Of a stretch of 64,000 bases of DNA, positions 42,534 through 57,061 are shown piece by piece. The stretch is from Eledone cirrhosa (lineage: Eukaryota). The notes beneath the pieces are model-generated. The model was not told where the DNA came from and searched no databases. It saw only the letters and a program-made list of their open reading frames with translations. The DNA lies in the NCBI GenBank assembly GCA_964016885.1, contig OZ024749.1:6634001-6698000 (forward strand), written 5' to 3'. Every line of letters starts with the position of its first letter. Positions within the stretch are counted from its first letter, which is position 1. The translations under genes were made by a program, and so were the position numbers.

Positions 42534-42911
42534 TCAGGCGATTAATTAGCAGAGTCGTTAGAACGTCAGATTGAATGCTTTAAGATTTTTGTTCCAGCTC
42601 TCAGCTGTCTCAGTTCAAATCCTGCTGAGGTCTACTTTGCATTTCATTCTTTTGCGGTCGATAAGAAAAGTACCAGTTTAATACTGGCGTCCATTCTTCC
42701 TCTCTCTCACTTTCTATCTCTCTCCGGTAGAGATCTACTGTAGTCAGGCCTGCAGAGGGATGGACTGAGGCAGGCTTAAAATGACCAACTATGGCTCTAT
42801 CAGGAGTGACGGGATCATACATACATTATATAAAGGTAGTATCGGTAGAGGGTCGGACGTCATCATTTGATGCATAGAGTGACGGCCCTTGCCATTCGGA
42901 GTTCAAATCCG

Positions 42912-44550
42912 TGTTAGTTGTTAGTTGTAGAAAAATGTTAGTAGTGGTGGTGGTGTTAGTGGTAGTAGTGGTGGTGGTGTTAGTTGTAGTAGTGGTGGTG
43001 GTGTTAGTGGTAGTAGTGGGGGGGGTGTTAGTTGTAGAAAAATGTTAGTAGTGGTGGTGGTGTTAGTGGTAGTAGTGGGGGGGTGTTAGTTGTAGAAATG
43101 TTAGTAGTGGTGGTGGTGTTAGTGGTAGTAGTGGGGGGGGGGTTAGTTGTAGAAATGTTAGTAGTGGTGGTGGTGTTAGTGGTAGTAGTGGGGGGTGTTA
43201 GTTGTAGTAGTGGTGGTGGTGTTAGTGGTAGTAGTGGGGGGGGGGGTGTTAGTTGTAGAAAAATGTTAGTAGTGGTGGTGGTGTTAGTGGTAGTAGTGGG
43301 GGGGTGTTAGTTGTAGAAATGTTAGTAGTGGTGGTGGTGTTAGTGGTAGTAGTGGGGGGGGTGTTAGTTGTAGAAATGTTAGTAGTGGTGGTGGTGTTAG
43401 TGGTAGTAGTGGGGGGGTGTTAGTTGTAGTAGTGGTGGTGGTGTTAGTTGTAGAAATGTTAGTAGTGGTTGTGGTGTTAGTGGTAGTAGTGGGGGGTGTT
43501 AGTTGTAGTAGTGGTGGTGGTGTTAGTGGTAGTAGTGGGGGGGGGGTGTTAGTTGTAGAAATGTTAGTAGTGGTGGTGGTGTTAGTGGTAGTAGTGGGGG
43601 GGGTGTTAGTTGTAGAAATGTTAGTAGTGGTGGTGGTGTTAGTGGTAGTAGTGGGAGGGTGTTAGTTGTAGAAATGTTAGTAGTGGTGGTGGTGTTAGTG
43701 GTAGTAGTGGGAGGGTGTTAGTTGTTGAAATGTTAGTAGTGGTGGTGGTGTTAGTGGTAGTAGTGGGGGGGGTGTTAGTTGTAGAAATGTTAGTAGTGGT
43801 GGTGGTGTTAGTGGTAGTAGTGGGAGGGTGTTAGTTGTAGAAATGTTAGTAGTGGTGGTGGTGTTAGTGGTAGTAGTGGGAGGGTGTTAGTTGTAGAAAT
43901 GTTAGTAGTGGTGGTGGTGTTAGTGGTAGTAGTGGGAGGGTGTTAGTTGTTGAAATGTTAGTAGTGGTGGTGGTGTTAGTGGTAGTAGTGGGGGGGGTGT
44001 TAGTTGTAGAAATGTTAGTAGTGGTGGTGGTGTTAGTGGTAGTAGTGGGGGGGTGTTAGTTGTAGAAATGTTAGTAGTGGTGGTGGTGTTAGTGGTAGTA
44101 GTGGGGGGGTGTTAGTTGTAGAAATGTTAGTAGTGGTGGTGGTGTTAGTGGTAGTAGTGGGGGGATGTTAGTTGTAGAAATGTTAGTAGTGGTCGTGGTG
44201 TTAGTGGTAGTAGTGGGGGGGTGTTAGTTGTAGTAGTGGTGGTGGTGTTAGTGGTAGTAGTGAGGGGGGGGTGTTAGTTGTAGAAATGTTAGTAGTGGTG
44301 GTGGTGTTAGTGGTAGTAGTGGGAGGGTGTTAGTTGTAGAAATGTTAGTAGTGGTGGTGGTGTTAGTGGTAGTAGTGGGGGGGTGTTAGTTGTAGAAATG
44401 TTAGTAGTGGTGGTGGTGTTAGTGGTAGTAGTGGGGGGGTGTTAGTTGTAGCAATGTTAGTAGTGGTCGTGGTGTTAGTGGTAGTAGTGGGGGGGGGGGG
44501 GGGGTTAGTTGTAGAAATGTTAGTAGTGGTCGTGGTGTTAGTGGTAGGGT
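42912..44550. repeat. G/T-rich compound minisatellite (~60-bp units)
   Basis: GTTAGTTGTAGAAATGTTAGTAGTGGTGGTGGTGTTAGTGGTAGTAGTG(G)n repeated. Confidence 0.95.
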
Positions 44551-45234
44551 GTCAGAAATGGTGGTGTAGATATTCTATAGATATCAATATATATACCAAC
44601 CCCCCCATGCCCCACCCTCCTTCCCGCACTAGTACAACTAATCAATCACGAGAGAGATAAACATTCATGTTATCTTAAAAGAATAAAAGTTCACACACCA
44701 TTTCTGCACTCAAAGGAATAAGGATTTATTAGACATTTTATACACACACATACACACATATATATATATATATATATACATATATATACATATATACATA
44801 TATATATACATATATACACAGTAATACAGGAGACCCGCCTTGCCTAAGTACAAAGCGAAACCTACAGTCAGTAGGCACCTCTAACAAAAATACCCCATCC
44901 CACTACCCCTTTCAATGTAAAGTTATGTTGGTACCACAACATCCAGGCCGAAACAAATGAGGTCGTGTAGGTGTCACGACAACAAAAAAAACACACAGTC
45001 CCCGCTGTAATGTGGCCGTGTAGGTAACACGGTAAAAACCTCCCAGTCCACACTGTAAACATGGTTGGTGTTAGGAAGGGCATCCAGCCGTAGAAAACCC
45101 GCCAGATAGTCCTATACGAGCAAGTCAACCAATCTTGCCTCAAGTGGGAAAATTCCCATCTAAACACATGCTAGCGTGGAAGATAGACGTTAAACGATGA
45201 TGAAGATGATATATATATATATAAACATATATAT

Positions 45235-47217
45235 CTATATTTGTTTTGCGAGTTTTTTTATATGAAATCGTGTGTCGAAACAAATATTGTTATACTTGGG
45301 GAGGGTCATATTGTTGTAATAATATTGCCAGAATTAATAACAGAACACACTCACTGTTTGGTTGGTTTTCACTTCTGTATCTTTTATATCATTTAATTTA
45401 TTCTGTCCTCAATGTTTACCATTGACTGACCGACAGTCAAAAATACAGCTATAATATAGATATAAACATATATATATCATCTAACAAAGTTCTTTCGTTG
45501 CACATCTGCAACATTGCCAGTGGTGCTATTATGTTCCTCCTGTTGTATTGTATATCTACGCCATCTTTATTTAATCTTTGAGTAAAAAAAAAAAGATCAA
45601 ATTCAGGAGACTCAAATATCTCCTTGATAGCTCCATAGACCTCATCAGGTACTCTCGTTACGTAGACAACATTAATATAGTAATAAGAACACCCCCACAA
45701 GAGAGTATTAACAAGTATGATTTAGAATGTAGCACAATGGAAAGCATCCAACAGATAGCTAATTCCATACACCAGAGTATAACTGTAACTATCGACTACC
45801 CTTCCAAACACCCTAACAGTAGACTACCTGTATTAGACACGGAACTCTGGATTAACACTATAGACGAGAGGGCCCAAATTCTCCACTCGCACTAAGATAA
45901 ATCCATGGCTTCCAAATACCTGATACTCAAAAACTCAGTAATGTCCAGTAGTGCTAAGTTTAATATTCTGATTGCAGACTTGGTACGAGTGATGAAGAAT
46001 GTGTCCCGCATGTGCGACCCAACAGAAATGGAAAGACACATCCAATACTTCATCAACCGCATGCAGTTCTCTGGCTACAACCAAAGAGACAGAATCAGAG
46101 TATATGAAGGAGCCACGGAGAAGTATAAGACCCTCATAGAACTGTACATGAAAGGAATTTGCCCATTATACAGGAGCAAATCATGGAATAGCTTAGATAG
46201 GACTAAACATAAGATAGGGAAAGCCACCTCATGGTACGACAACCAGAGATACCAGAGTGTCATATTCCTGGACGCTGCCCCTGGAGGGAAATTAGCTAAC
46301 CAGTGTAGAAAGGTACCTGAGAAAGACCCATTTAAAGATTAAGGTGGTAGAAAAGCCAGGAACTACCATAAAATCCCTGATCAGCAAAACATACCCCTTT
46401 AAGAAAACCCACTGTACTAATGAGAAATGTGTTATATGTAAAGTAAACCCCCAGATAAACTGTAAAACTAGAAACGTAGTCTATAGCATAAGATGTACAG
46501 AGGGTACCTGCCTAAACATGACAACAACATACATAGGTGAGACAGCTCGTAGCATAGATGAAAGGATAGACCAACACTGGGGGGAACAAAAAGGACAAAA
46601 AAACGGTTCAGTACTATACGAACATGCCAGACAACAACGTGACGGTAACATAGACAACATAGAAATTAAAATAATATATAAACATAGATATGACCCAGCA
46701 GATAGGCAAATCAGAGAGGCAAGTGAAATAGAACTTAGAAGGCCAAAGCTAAACAGAAAAAAATGAATGGAATAACAACACCCAAACAAACAATATTGAC
46801 CTAAGAGAAATATAAATAAATAAAGATATGCACAAGCACAATAACAACAAACACATACAAACACACACTAGTAAACTAAGATAGAATACAATAACCAAAA
46901 CACAGTCACCCAAACGTGAACACACATCAAACACTATACGCATGCGCAGAGAAGAAGACAAAAACAAATAAATAAATAAATAAACAGATTAAATCAAGAT
47001 GGCGTAGATATACAATACAACAGGAGGAACATAATAGCACCACTGACGATGTTGCAGATGTGCAACGAAAGGAATTTGTTAGACTATATATATGTGTTTG
47101 TATCTATATTATATCTGTATTATTGACCGTTGGTCAATCAACAGAAGTGAAAACCAACCAGTGCGTGTGTTGTTATTAATTCTGGCAATATTATTACAAC
47201 AATATGACCCTCCCCAT
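45235..47217 (+). mobile_element. Penelope-like retroelement: 5' inverted pLTR, truncated RT, GIY-YIG endonuclease, 3' pLTR
   Basis: RYVDNI, LPVLD, NVVYSIRC...YIGETARSIDERI...IREASEI..RPKLN; 45293-45577 is the inverse of ~46985-47217; stop and frameshift present. Confidence 0.9.
47036..47084 (+). ncRNA. Hammerhead-like core in Penelope pLTR (weak helix I/III)
   Basis: CTGACGA T GTTGCA-GATG-TGCAAC GAAA; minus-strand copies near 45480-45525 and 63075-63120. Confidence 0.5.
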
Positions 47218-47861
47218 ATATACACGAAAGGTCTTTTTTCTAAGCGCTCATATATTCCCGTAGCTTATGCTAACAGAATAACTATGTAGCTTGTGCCCTT
47301 CCTATCTACGGTTAGCTTTCCTCTTTGTTGTTTACTTGTCTCACTCGCTTTACGCGTTTTAATTGTCCTAATAACTTAATTTAGTTATTATTGCACCGAC
47401 GTGAGGTATATGATTTTTAATGCAATGAAATATCTATGATCGTCGGCAAATCACTGACGAGGGACTCATTTTATTGCATGTTATCCATGTGCAACCTGCA
47501 GTATTCTTCTCCCCATTTTTTCATATATATATATATATATATGTATATATATCATCATCATATTTACGTCTGCTTTTTCCCTGCTTGCAAGGGTGGGACG
47601 GGAACTGATTCTGGCTTGATTTCTATAGCTGGATGCCCATCCTAACACCAACCTCATTTACAGTGAGTGCTGGGTGCTTTTTTGCAGTGGAATGATATGG
47701 ACCCCAGTCCCTATCATCTCATTTGTACAGCTGAGTAAACTGGAGCAATGTGAAATAAAGTATCTTGCTCAAGGAAACAACACATCATCCGGTCTGAGAA
47801 TTGAACTCACAACCTTTCGATTGCAATGTGCCATGTGCCTCCATAATATATGTATATTTAT

Positions 47862-47896
<35 letters not shown>

Positions 47897-47912
47897 GTAT
47901 ATAAGTTATCCC

Positions 47913-47965
47913 GAGCTTCCTGATGATTTCTCATGAATGAAACAGTTCTAGTCCTGTAGAAGCTT
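47913..47965 (+). ncRNA. Type I hammerhead ribozyme
   Basis: GAGCTTC CTGATGA T TTC-TCAT-GAA T GAAAC AG-loop-CT GTA GAAGCTT. Confidence 0.85.
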
Positions 47966-47983
47966 TCCTATATATATATATAT

Positions 47984-48083
<100 letters not shown>

Positions 48084-48829
48084 ATATGTGTATGTGTGTC
48101 TGTCTCTGTGTGTGTGTCTGTCTGTGTGTTTCTATTCCCTGTAACCTAGCAGTTCAACACAAAAGATTGATAAAATAAGTACCAGACATGGAAAAAAAAG
48201 AAACTATTGAGGTTGATATGATTGGTTAAATCTAATGACTGAAACCACTAAGGGGTTGAAAGGGGTTTACGTAAATAGTAATTGTTAATTATTTTTCTAG
48301 AATCAGCAAGTTGTTGAAAATAATCAAACGTGTGTGTATATTTGTGCATTGTATATGTTCATATGTGTGATTCTGTGTGTGTGTTTTTATGAGTGCGTGG
48401 TTCAGTTTGCATGTGTATGTGTTGTGTGTATGTTTCTGTGTGTTTATGCTTGCATGTGTTTGTACATGTCTTTCTGAATATGTGTGTTTGTGCATACGTT
48501 TTTGTGTATGTGCATGTGTGTGTGTGTGTGTGTACATGTGAATGTGTCAATGATTTGTCATCACTGCTGTAGTCTTCAATAGTGCCATCACCCTCATTCC
48601 GAAGAAGGAGAGAACGCACACAACCACCACCCCGACTTCCTCAACTAAACACTGTTATTAACTCTGTTAACTGAAATAACTGTGCTGTGTGGTGATATTT
48701 ACAGAAATAATCAGATTATATCATTACAGCTAATAATACGGTAGAGCTTGATAATAACCGGCAACGGTAATGATGTATCTTTGCTAGCTACAACAACAAC
48801 TACAACTATTACAACAAATATTCTCTCAG

Positions 48830-49330
48830 ACAGATTTGTGGTCGAACCAGTAGCAGTGGACACATCTGGTCACCTTGGCCCTAAGACCACCTCCCTACTC
48901 ACCACCATCAGCACCCTATAGCAGTGGAGACTTCTGGTGTCCTTGGCCCTAGGACCACCTCCCTACTCACCACCATCAGCACGGAGTTGGTTACCTGTAG
49001 CAGTAGAGACTCCTGGTGTCCTTGGCCCTAGGACCACCTCCCTACTCAGCACCATCAGCACGGAGTTGGCTACCTGTAGCAGTAGAGACTTCTGGTGTCC
49101 TTGGCCCTAGGACCACCTCCCTACTCACCACCATTGGCACAGAGTTGGCTACCTGTAGCAGTGGAGACTTCTGGTGCCCTAGGACCACCTCCCTACTTAC
49201 CACCATCGGCACGGAGTTGGTTATTCGCAGGTAAGAGCCTAGCAAGCTGGAATGATTCTACCAACACACCTCCCTCACTGTCCTTCGGGGAAACGCCTTT
49301 TCTATTCTGTCTGCCACGGCTGCAGGGCAG
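48830..49330 (+). mobile_element. RLE-LINE 3' fragment (CRE-like) with 79-bp tandem array
   Basis: PVAVETSGVLGP motif repeated about 5 times, then LSLTVLRGNAF-like end. Confidence 0.6.
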
Positions 49331-49386
49331 CCAGCACATGTGCCCGTTTGCTCATAACAGTGAAAGACCGGGAGAGGGGGAGAGGG

Positions 49387-49418
<32 letters not shown>

Positions 49419-49664
49419 TGGGGAGAGTGAAAGTGATATGGAGGGTGAGAGAGAGATATGCGAGAGAGAAAGAAATGGGGAAAGTAAGAGAGATAGGGGA
49501 GAGAGAAAGGAGAATAGTGAAAGAGATGGGGAGAGGGAGAGGGCGAGAGGTGGGGAGAGTAAAAGAGATGGAGAGAAGGAGAGAGATAGAGGCAGTGACT
49601 ATACCAGCATTGCTAAAGTATTTCGTAGAATTAAAGGTTAAGTGACTATAAACTGGTATATAAG

Positions 49665-50862
49665 CATATGAAGCAGTATTTGATATTATGGTATAAAGTT
49701 ATCTGTGATATCATGGTATAAAGCAGTCTTTGATATTACGGTATAAAGCAGTCTTTAATATCATGGTATAAAGCTGTCTTTGATATCACGGTATACAGTT
49801 ATCTTTGATATCATGGTATAAATCTGTCTTTGATATCATGGTATAAAGCATTCTTTGATATCATGGTATAAAGCTATCTTTGATATCATGGTATAAAGCT
49901 ATCTTTGATATCATGGTATAAAGCTGTCTTTGATATCATGGTATAAACTGTCTTTGATATCATGGTATAAAGCTGTCTTTGATATCATGGTGTAAAGCTG
50001 TCTTTGATATCATGGTATAAAACTATCTTTGATATCATGGTATAAAGCAGTATTTGACATGGTATAAAGCAGTATTTGATATCATGGTATAAAGCTATCT
50101 TTGGAGATTCTTTCCGGTGACATTCTAACCTCATGCCCATAGTATCAGAGCCGTGAACTCTCAATTCAGTGATTCTTTCCTAAGATATGCTATCCACATA
50201 TCTGTAGTATCAGAGCTGTGATCTCTCAATTCAGAGATTCTTTCCTTGGACATTCTAACCTCATGCCCATCATATCAGAGCTGTGAACTCTCAATTTGGA
50301 GATTCTTTCCTGAGCCATTCTAACCACATATCCATCGTATCAGAGCTGTGAACTCTCAATTTGGAGATTCTTTCCTGAGCTATTCTAACCACATATCCAT
50401 CGTATCAGAGCTGTGATCTCTCAATTTGGAGATTCTTTCCTGAGACATTCTATCATGGTATAAAGCAGTCTTTGATATCATGGTGTAAAGCTGTCTTTGA
50501 TGTGGTATAAAGCAGTATTTGATATCATGGTATAGAGCTGTCTTTGATATCATGGTATAAAGCTGTCTTTGATATCATGGTATAAAGCAGTCTTTGATAT
50601 CATGGAATAAAGCTATATTTGATATCATGGTATAAAGCTGTCTTTGATATCATGATATAAAGCAGTCTTTGATATCATGATATAAAGAAGTCTTTGATAT
50701 CATGATATAAAACAGTCTTTGATATCATGGTATAAAGTTCTCTTTGATATCATGGTATAAAGCTATCTTTAATATCATGGTGTAAAGCTGTCTTTGATAT
50801 GGTATAATGCAGTATTTGATATCATGGTATAAAGCTGTATTTGATATCGTGGTATAAAGCTA
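49665..50862. repeat. 25-bp minisatellite with embedded 65-bp RTE-derived array (50100-50451)
   Basis: TTGATATCATGGTATAAAGCTGTCT period 25; insert is reverse complement of the 51449 array. Confidence 0.9.
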
Positions 50863-51448
50863 CCTTAATTTTTAATGTTATTTATACAACTGTGAATAAA
50901 ATTCAATAGTATATTCTTACAGAATATACAACCACAACAACTACAACAACAACAACTACAGTACCCACAACAACTACAATAACCACAACAACAACTACAA
51001 CAACAATTACAACTAATACAACTACAACAACGATGACAACAACAACAACAATGACAACAACAATGACAACAACAACAATAGCTACAATGACAATAACAAT
51101 GACTATATGAACTACAACAACACCAACTACTACTACAATAACTACAATAACAACTACAACAATGACTACAAGAACTACAACAACAACAATAAACACAACG
51201 CTATCAATAAATAAAAATTTAAAAAAACAACAATATCAATAACAACATCATCAATAACATCAACAGTAACAATAGCAACAACAACAAAAACAACAAGAAC
51301 CAACATCTCTATGTTGAGTGTCAGACTAAATTATTTGGTAAGTTGACCATTTCAATCTTGTCCTGTTCAGAAGGTACTATAGATTCCTTCTTGACAGGAC
51401 AAGATCATGGTTGTTAACTTACCAAATAATTGAGTATGGCACACACAA

Positions 51449-52175
51449 ATTGAGAGATCACAGATCTGATACTATGAACATGTGGTTAGAATGTCTCAGG
51501 AAAGAATCTCTGAATTGAGAGTTCACAGCTCTGATACGATGGGCATGAGGTTAGAATGTCTGAGGAAAGAATCTCCAAATTGAGAGTTCACAGGTCTGAT
51601 ACTACAGATATGTGGGTAGCATGTCTCAGGAAAGAATCTCTGAATTGAGAGATCACAGCCCCGATACTATGAACATGTGTTTAGCATGTCCCAGGAGAGA
51701 ATCTCTGAACTGAGAGATCACAGCTCTGATACTATGGATATGTATTTAGAATGTTTCAGGAAAGAATTTCCAAACTGAGAGATCACATCTCTGATACTAT
51801 GGGCATGTGGTTAGAATGTCTCAGGAAAGAATCTCTGAATTGAGAGATCACAGCTCCGATACTATGGACATGTGGTTAGAATGTCTCAGGAAAGAATCTC
51901 TGAATTGAGAGATCACAGGTCTGATATTATGGTCATGTGGTTAGCATGTCTCAGGAAAGAATCTCTGGACAGATTTCATGAGCAAAACCGAGCGTCAGTA
52001 GAAACAGAGGTAGAACCCAAGCAAGATGTTTGGATAACATCCATGATCTTGGCTGGTTTCACTTGGGGGTTGAGCCGGATCATTTGAGGACGGTTGCTTC
52101 TGACAGAATTTGATGGAAAGGAGTGTTTGAGGAGTCTGCCCACACGAGCCTCTCGGGAATAAGTGGGCGAAGATG
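51449..52175 (+). mobile_element. RTE 3' fragment whose 5' end is amplified as a 65-bp array (~8 units)
   Basis: Unit reads IERSQLRYYGHVVRMSQERIS (RTE LRWxGHV motif), then continues into the LINE end. Confidence 0.8.
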
Positions 52176-52745
52176 AAGTAGAAGCGAAGAAAACCCACAT
52201 ATTTTAGAGAAGATGTCGTTGATTAAATATATGTCCCAATGTATGACTGGTACATATTTTGGAGGACGCAGAGAGATGATCAAAGTCTAGTCTAAAGACT
52301 GTCTTAACCCAGAAGGCTCATTAGGCTGATGCTTAACCTGGTTTCAAGGTGTGCAGTGACTGAGAGTAAAAGACTCCACCCTGGACAGGATGCTAGTCTA
52401 TTGCAGGGTTAAACTCCCAACTATTGCTGAGTATACTGGGGCAATGAGAAATGAAGTGTTTTGCTCAAGAACACAACACACAACCCAACACAGGAATCAA
52501 ACCCATGACATTATGATCATAAGACCAACACCCTTACCACTAGGCCAGAGAGATGACTAGCTGTTAAGTTTGGTGGATTTTGGACAAAGATGGTTGTAGT
52601 AACAGGGGTGATGATGATAAGGTCATGAAGATGAAGGGTGATAATGTTGATGATGATGATGATGATGATAGCAACATCTATTGATGATGATCATAGTGAT
52701 GAGGATTTATGAAATTATGCACATACAATGTGACTAGAATTAAAC

Positions 52746-55700
52746 TTAACTCTTTAGCATTTACTCTATATATACTATTGTATTTTCATAGTAAAGGCTT
52801 TACCTCACATAATATCTCACATAACATTTACATTACTCTATATATACTATTGTATTTTCACAGTAAAGGCTTTACCTCACATAATATCTCGCATAACATT
52901 TACATTACTCTATATATACTATTGTATTTTCACAGTAAAGGCTTTACCTCACATAATATCTCATATAGCATTTATATTACTCTATATATAGTATTGTATT
53001 TTCACAGTAAAGGCTTTACCTCACATGATATCACATAACATTTACATTACTCTATATATACTATTGTATTTTCACAGTAAAGGCTTTACCTCACATAATA
53101 TCTCACATAACATTTACATTACTCTATATATACTATTGTATTTTCACAGTAAAGGCTTTACCTCACATAATATCTCATAACATTTACATTACTCTATATA
53201 TACTATTGTATTTTCACAGTAAAGGCTTTACCTCACATAATATCTCACATAACATTTACATTACTCTATATATACTATTGTATTTTCACAGTAAAGGCTT
53301 TACCTCACATAATATCTCGCATAACATTTACATTACTCTATATATACTATTGTATTTTCACAGTAAAGGCTTTACCTCACATAATATCTCATATAGCATT
53401 TATATTACTCTATATATAGTATTGTATTTTCACAGTAAAGGCTTTACCTCACATGATATCACATAACATTTACATTACTCTATATATACTATTGTATTTT
53501 CACAGTAAAGGCTTTACCTCACATAATATCTCGCATAACATTTACATTACTCTATATATACTATTGTATTTTCACAGTAAAGGCTTTACCTCACATAATA
53601 TCTCATAACATTTACATTACTCTATATATAGTATTGTATTTTCACAGTAAAGGCTTTACCTCACATGATATCACATAACATTTACATTACTCTATATATA
53701 CTATTGTATTTTCACAGTAAAGGCTTTACCTCACATAATATCTCGCATAACATTTACATTACTCTATATATACTATTATATTTTCACAGTAAAGGCTTTA
53801 CCTCACATAATATATCATAACATTTACATTACTCTATATATACTATTGTATTTTCACAGTAAAGGCTTTACCTCACATGATATCACATAACATTTACATT
53901 ACTCTATATATACTATTATATTTTCACAGTAAAGGCTTTACCTCACATGATATCTCACATAACATTGACATTACTCTATATACACTATTGTATTTTCACA
54001 GTAAAGGCTTTACCTCATATAATATCTCACATAACATTTACATTACTCTATATATACTATTGTATTTTCACAGTAAAGGCTTTACCTCACATAATATCTC
54101 ATAACATTTACATTACTCTATATATACTATTGTATTTTCACAGTAAAGGCTTTACCTCACATAATATCTCACATAACATTTACATTACTCTATATATACT
54201 ATTGTATTTTCACAGTAAAGGCTTTACCTCACATAATATCTCATAACATTTACATTACTCTATATATACTATTGTATTTTCACAGTAAAGGCTTTACCTC
54301 ACATAATATCTCACATAACATTTACATTACTCTATATATACTATTCTATTTTCACAGTAAAGGCTTTACCTCACATAATATCTCATAACATTTACATTAC
54401 TCTATATATACTATTGTATTTTCACAGTAAAGGCTTTACCTCACATAATATCTCACATAACATTTACATTACTCTATATATACTATTGTATTTTCACAGT
54501 AAAGGCTTTACCTCACATAATATCTCATAACATTTACATTACTCTATATATACTATTGTATTTTCACAGTAAAGGCTTTACCTCACATAATATCTCACAT
54601 AACATTTACATTACTCTATATATACTATTCTATTTTCACAGTAAAGGCTTTACCTCACATAATATCTCACATAACATTTACATTACTCTATATATACTAT
54701 TGTATTTTCACAGTAAAGGCTTTACCTCACATAATATCTCATAACATTTACATTACTCTATATATACTATTGTATTTTCACAGTAAAGGCTTTACCTCAC
54801 ATAATATCTCACATAACATTTACATTACTCTATATATACTATTGTATTTTCACAGTAAAGGCTTTACCTCACATAATATCTCATAACATTTACATTACTC
54901 TATATATACTATTGTATTTTCACAGTAAAGGCTTTACCTCACATAATATCTCACATAACATTTACATTACTCTATATATACTATTGTATTTTCACAGTAA
55001 AGGCTTTACCTCACATAATATCTCACATAACATTGACATTACTCTATATACACTATTGTATTTTCACAGTAAAGGCTTTACCTCACATAATATCTCATAA
55101 CATTTACATTACTCTATATATACTATTGTATTTTCACAGTAAAGGCTTTACCTCACATAATATCTCACATAACATTGACATTACTCTATATACACTATTG
55201 TATTTTCACAGTAAAGGCTTTACCTCACATAATATATCACATAACATTTACATTACTCTATATATACTATTGTATTTTCACAGTAAAGGCTTTACCTCAC
55301 ATAATATCTCACATAACATTGACATTACTCTATATACACTATTGTATTTTCACAGTAAAGGCTTTACCTCACATAATATCTCACATAACATTTACATTAC
55401 TCTATATATACTATTGTATTTTCACAGTAAAGGCTTTACCTCACATAATATCTCACATAACATTTACATTACTCTATATACACTATTGTATTTTCACAGT
55501 AAAGGCTTTACCTCACATAATATCTCGCATAACATTTACATTACTCTATATATACTATTGTATGTTCACAGTAAAGGCTTTACCTCATATAATATCTCAC
55601 ATAACATTTACATTACTCTATATATACTATTGTATATTCACAGTAAAGGTTTTACCTCACATAATATCTCGCATAACATTGACATTACTCTATATATACT

Positions 55701-56816
55701 ATTGTATTTTCACAGTAAAGGCTTTACCTCACATAATATCTCATAACATTTACATTACTCTATATATACTATTGTATTTTCACAGTAAAGGCTTTACCTC
55801 ACATAATATCTCGCATAACATTTACATTACTCTATATATACTATTGTATATTCACAGTAAAGGCTTTACCTCACATAATATCTCACATAACATTTACATT
55901 ACTCTATATATACTATTGTATTTTCACAGTAAAGGCTTTACTTCACATAATATCTCATAACATTTACATTACTCTATATATACTATTGTATTTTCACAGT
56001 AAAGGCTTTACCTCACATAATATCTCACATAACATTTATATTACTCTATATATACTATTGTATTTTTATGGTAAAGGCTTTACCTCACATAATATCACAT
56101 AAAATTTACATTACTCTATATATGCTATTGTATTTTCACAGTAAAGGCTTTACCACACATAATGTCTCACATAACATTTACATTACTCTATATATACTAT
56201 TGTATTTTCACAGTAAAGGCTTTACCTCACATAATATCACACATAACATTTACATTAGGAGGCATATGGCTTAGTGGTTAGAGCATTGGCCTTGCAATCG
56301 AAAGGTTGTGAGTTCCATTCTCAGACCGGGTGATGTGTTGTTTCCTTGAGCAAGACACTTTATTTCACATTGCTCCAGTTTACTCAGCTGTAGAAATGAG
56401 ATGATAGGGACTGGGGTCCATATCATTCCACTGTAATGTGGACGTGTAGGCGCCACGGAAAAAAAACACCCAGCACTCACTGTAAATGAGCTTGGTGTTA
56501 GGAAGGGCATCCAGCTGTAGAAATCAAGCCAGAATCAGTTCCCGTCCCACCTTTGCAAGCAGGAAAAAGCGGACGTAGAAATGAAATGAAATGAAATGAA
56601 ATGAAATGATTACTCTATATATACTATTGTATTTTCACAGTAAGGGCTTTATCTTATATAATTATCTCATATAATATAGAATCTATGAGATTTTGATGAT
56701 GTTATTTTATATTTTAATGTCAGTATAAATGGCTAGTTACAGCCAGTTTGAACAGAAAGAGGTGAGACAATTCTGGCCAGATACTTCCTATGCCAGTTTA
56801 AATGTCAAAGGGTTAA
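52746..56816 (-). mobile_element. TTAA MITE expanded by a 70/72-bp satellite (~49 units) with nested SINE
   Basis: TTAACTCTTTA and AAAGGGTTAA termini; unique MITE body at 56650-56816. Confidence 0.88.
56258..56608 (+). mobile_element. Full SINE: tRNA head, core, RTE-derived tail, (AATGA)n
   Basis: TGGCTTAGTGG A-box, GAGTTCCATTC B-box-like, TCCTTGAGCAAGACACTT core, GTGTTAGGAAGGGCATCCAG tail. Confidence 0.88.
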
Positions 56817-57061
56817 TTACTTTTTTATACATCTCATTAGCTGGTTATTCAGTCATTAATTTCTTTATATAATCTATTTATTTTAGTATCTTTCTGGTTT
56901 CAGTGATTAGACTGTGCCCATGCTGGGGCACAACCTTCAACAGTTTAGCCATTCATATCATGCCCATTGCTTATTTTTTCAAGTCTTGTACTTGGTTTAT
57001 TGATTTCATCATGCACATATGTACAAATATACATACATACATACATACATACATACATACA

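Noticed and set aside
47447-47500. CTGACGA followed by a hairpin
   Set aside because: No GAAA box or helix III downstream
56258-56330. tRNA-like sequence as a tRNA gene
   Set aside because: It is a SINE head continuing into core and tail, with multiple diverged copies
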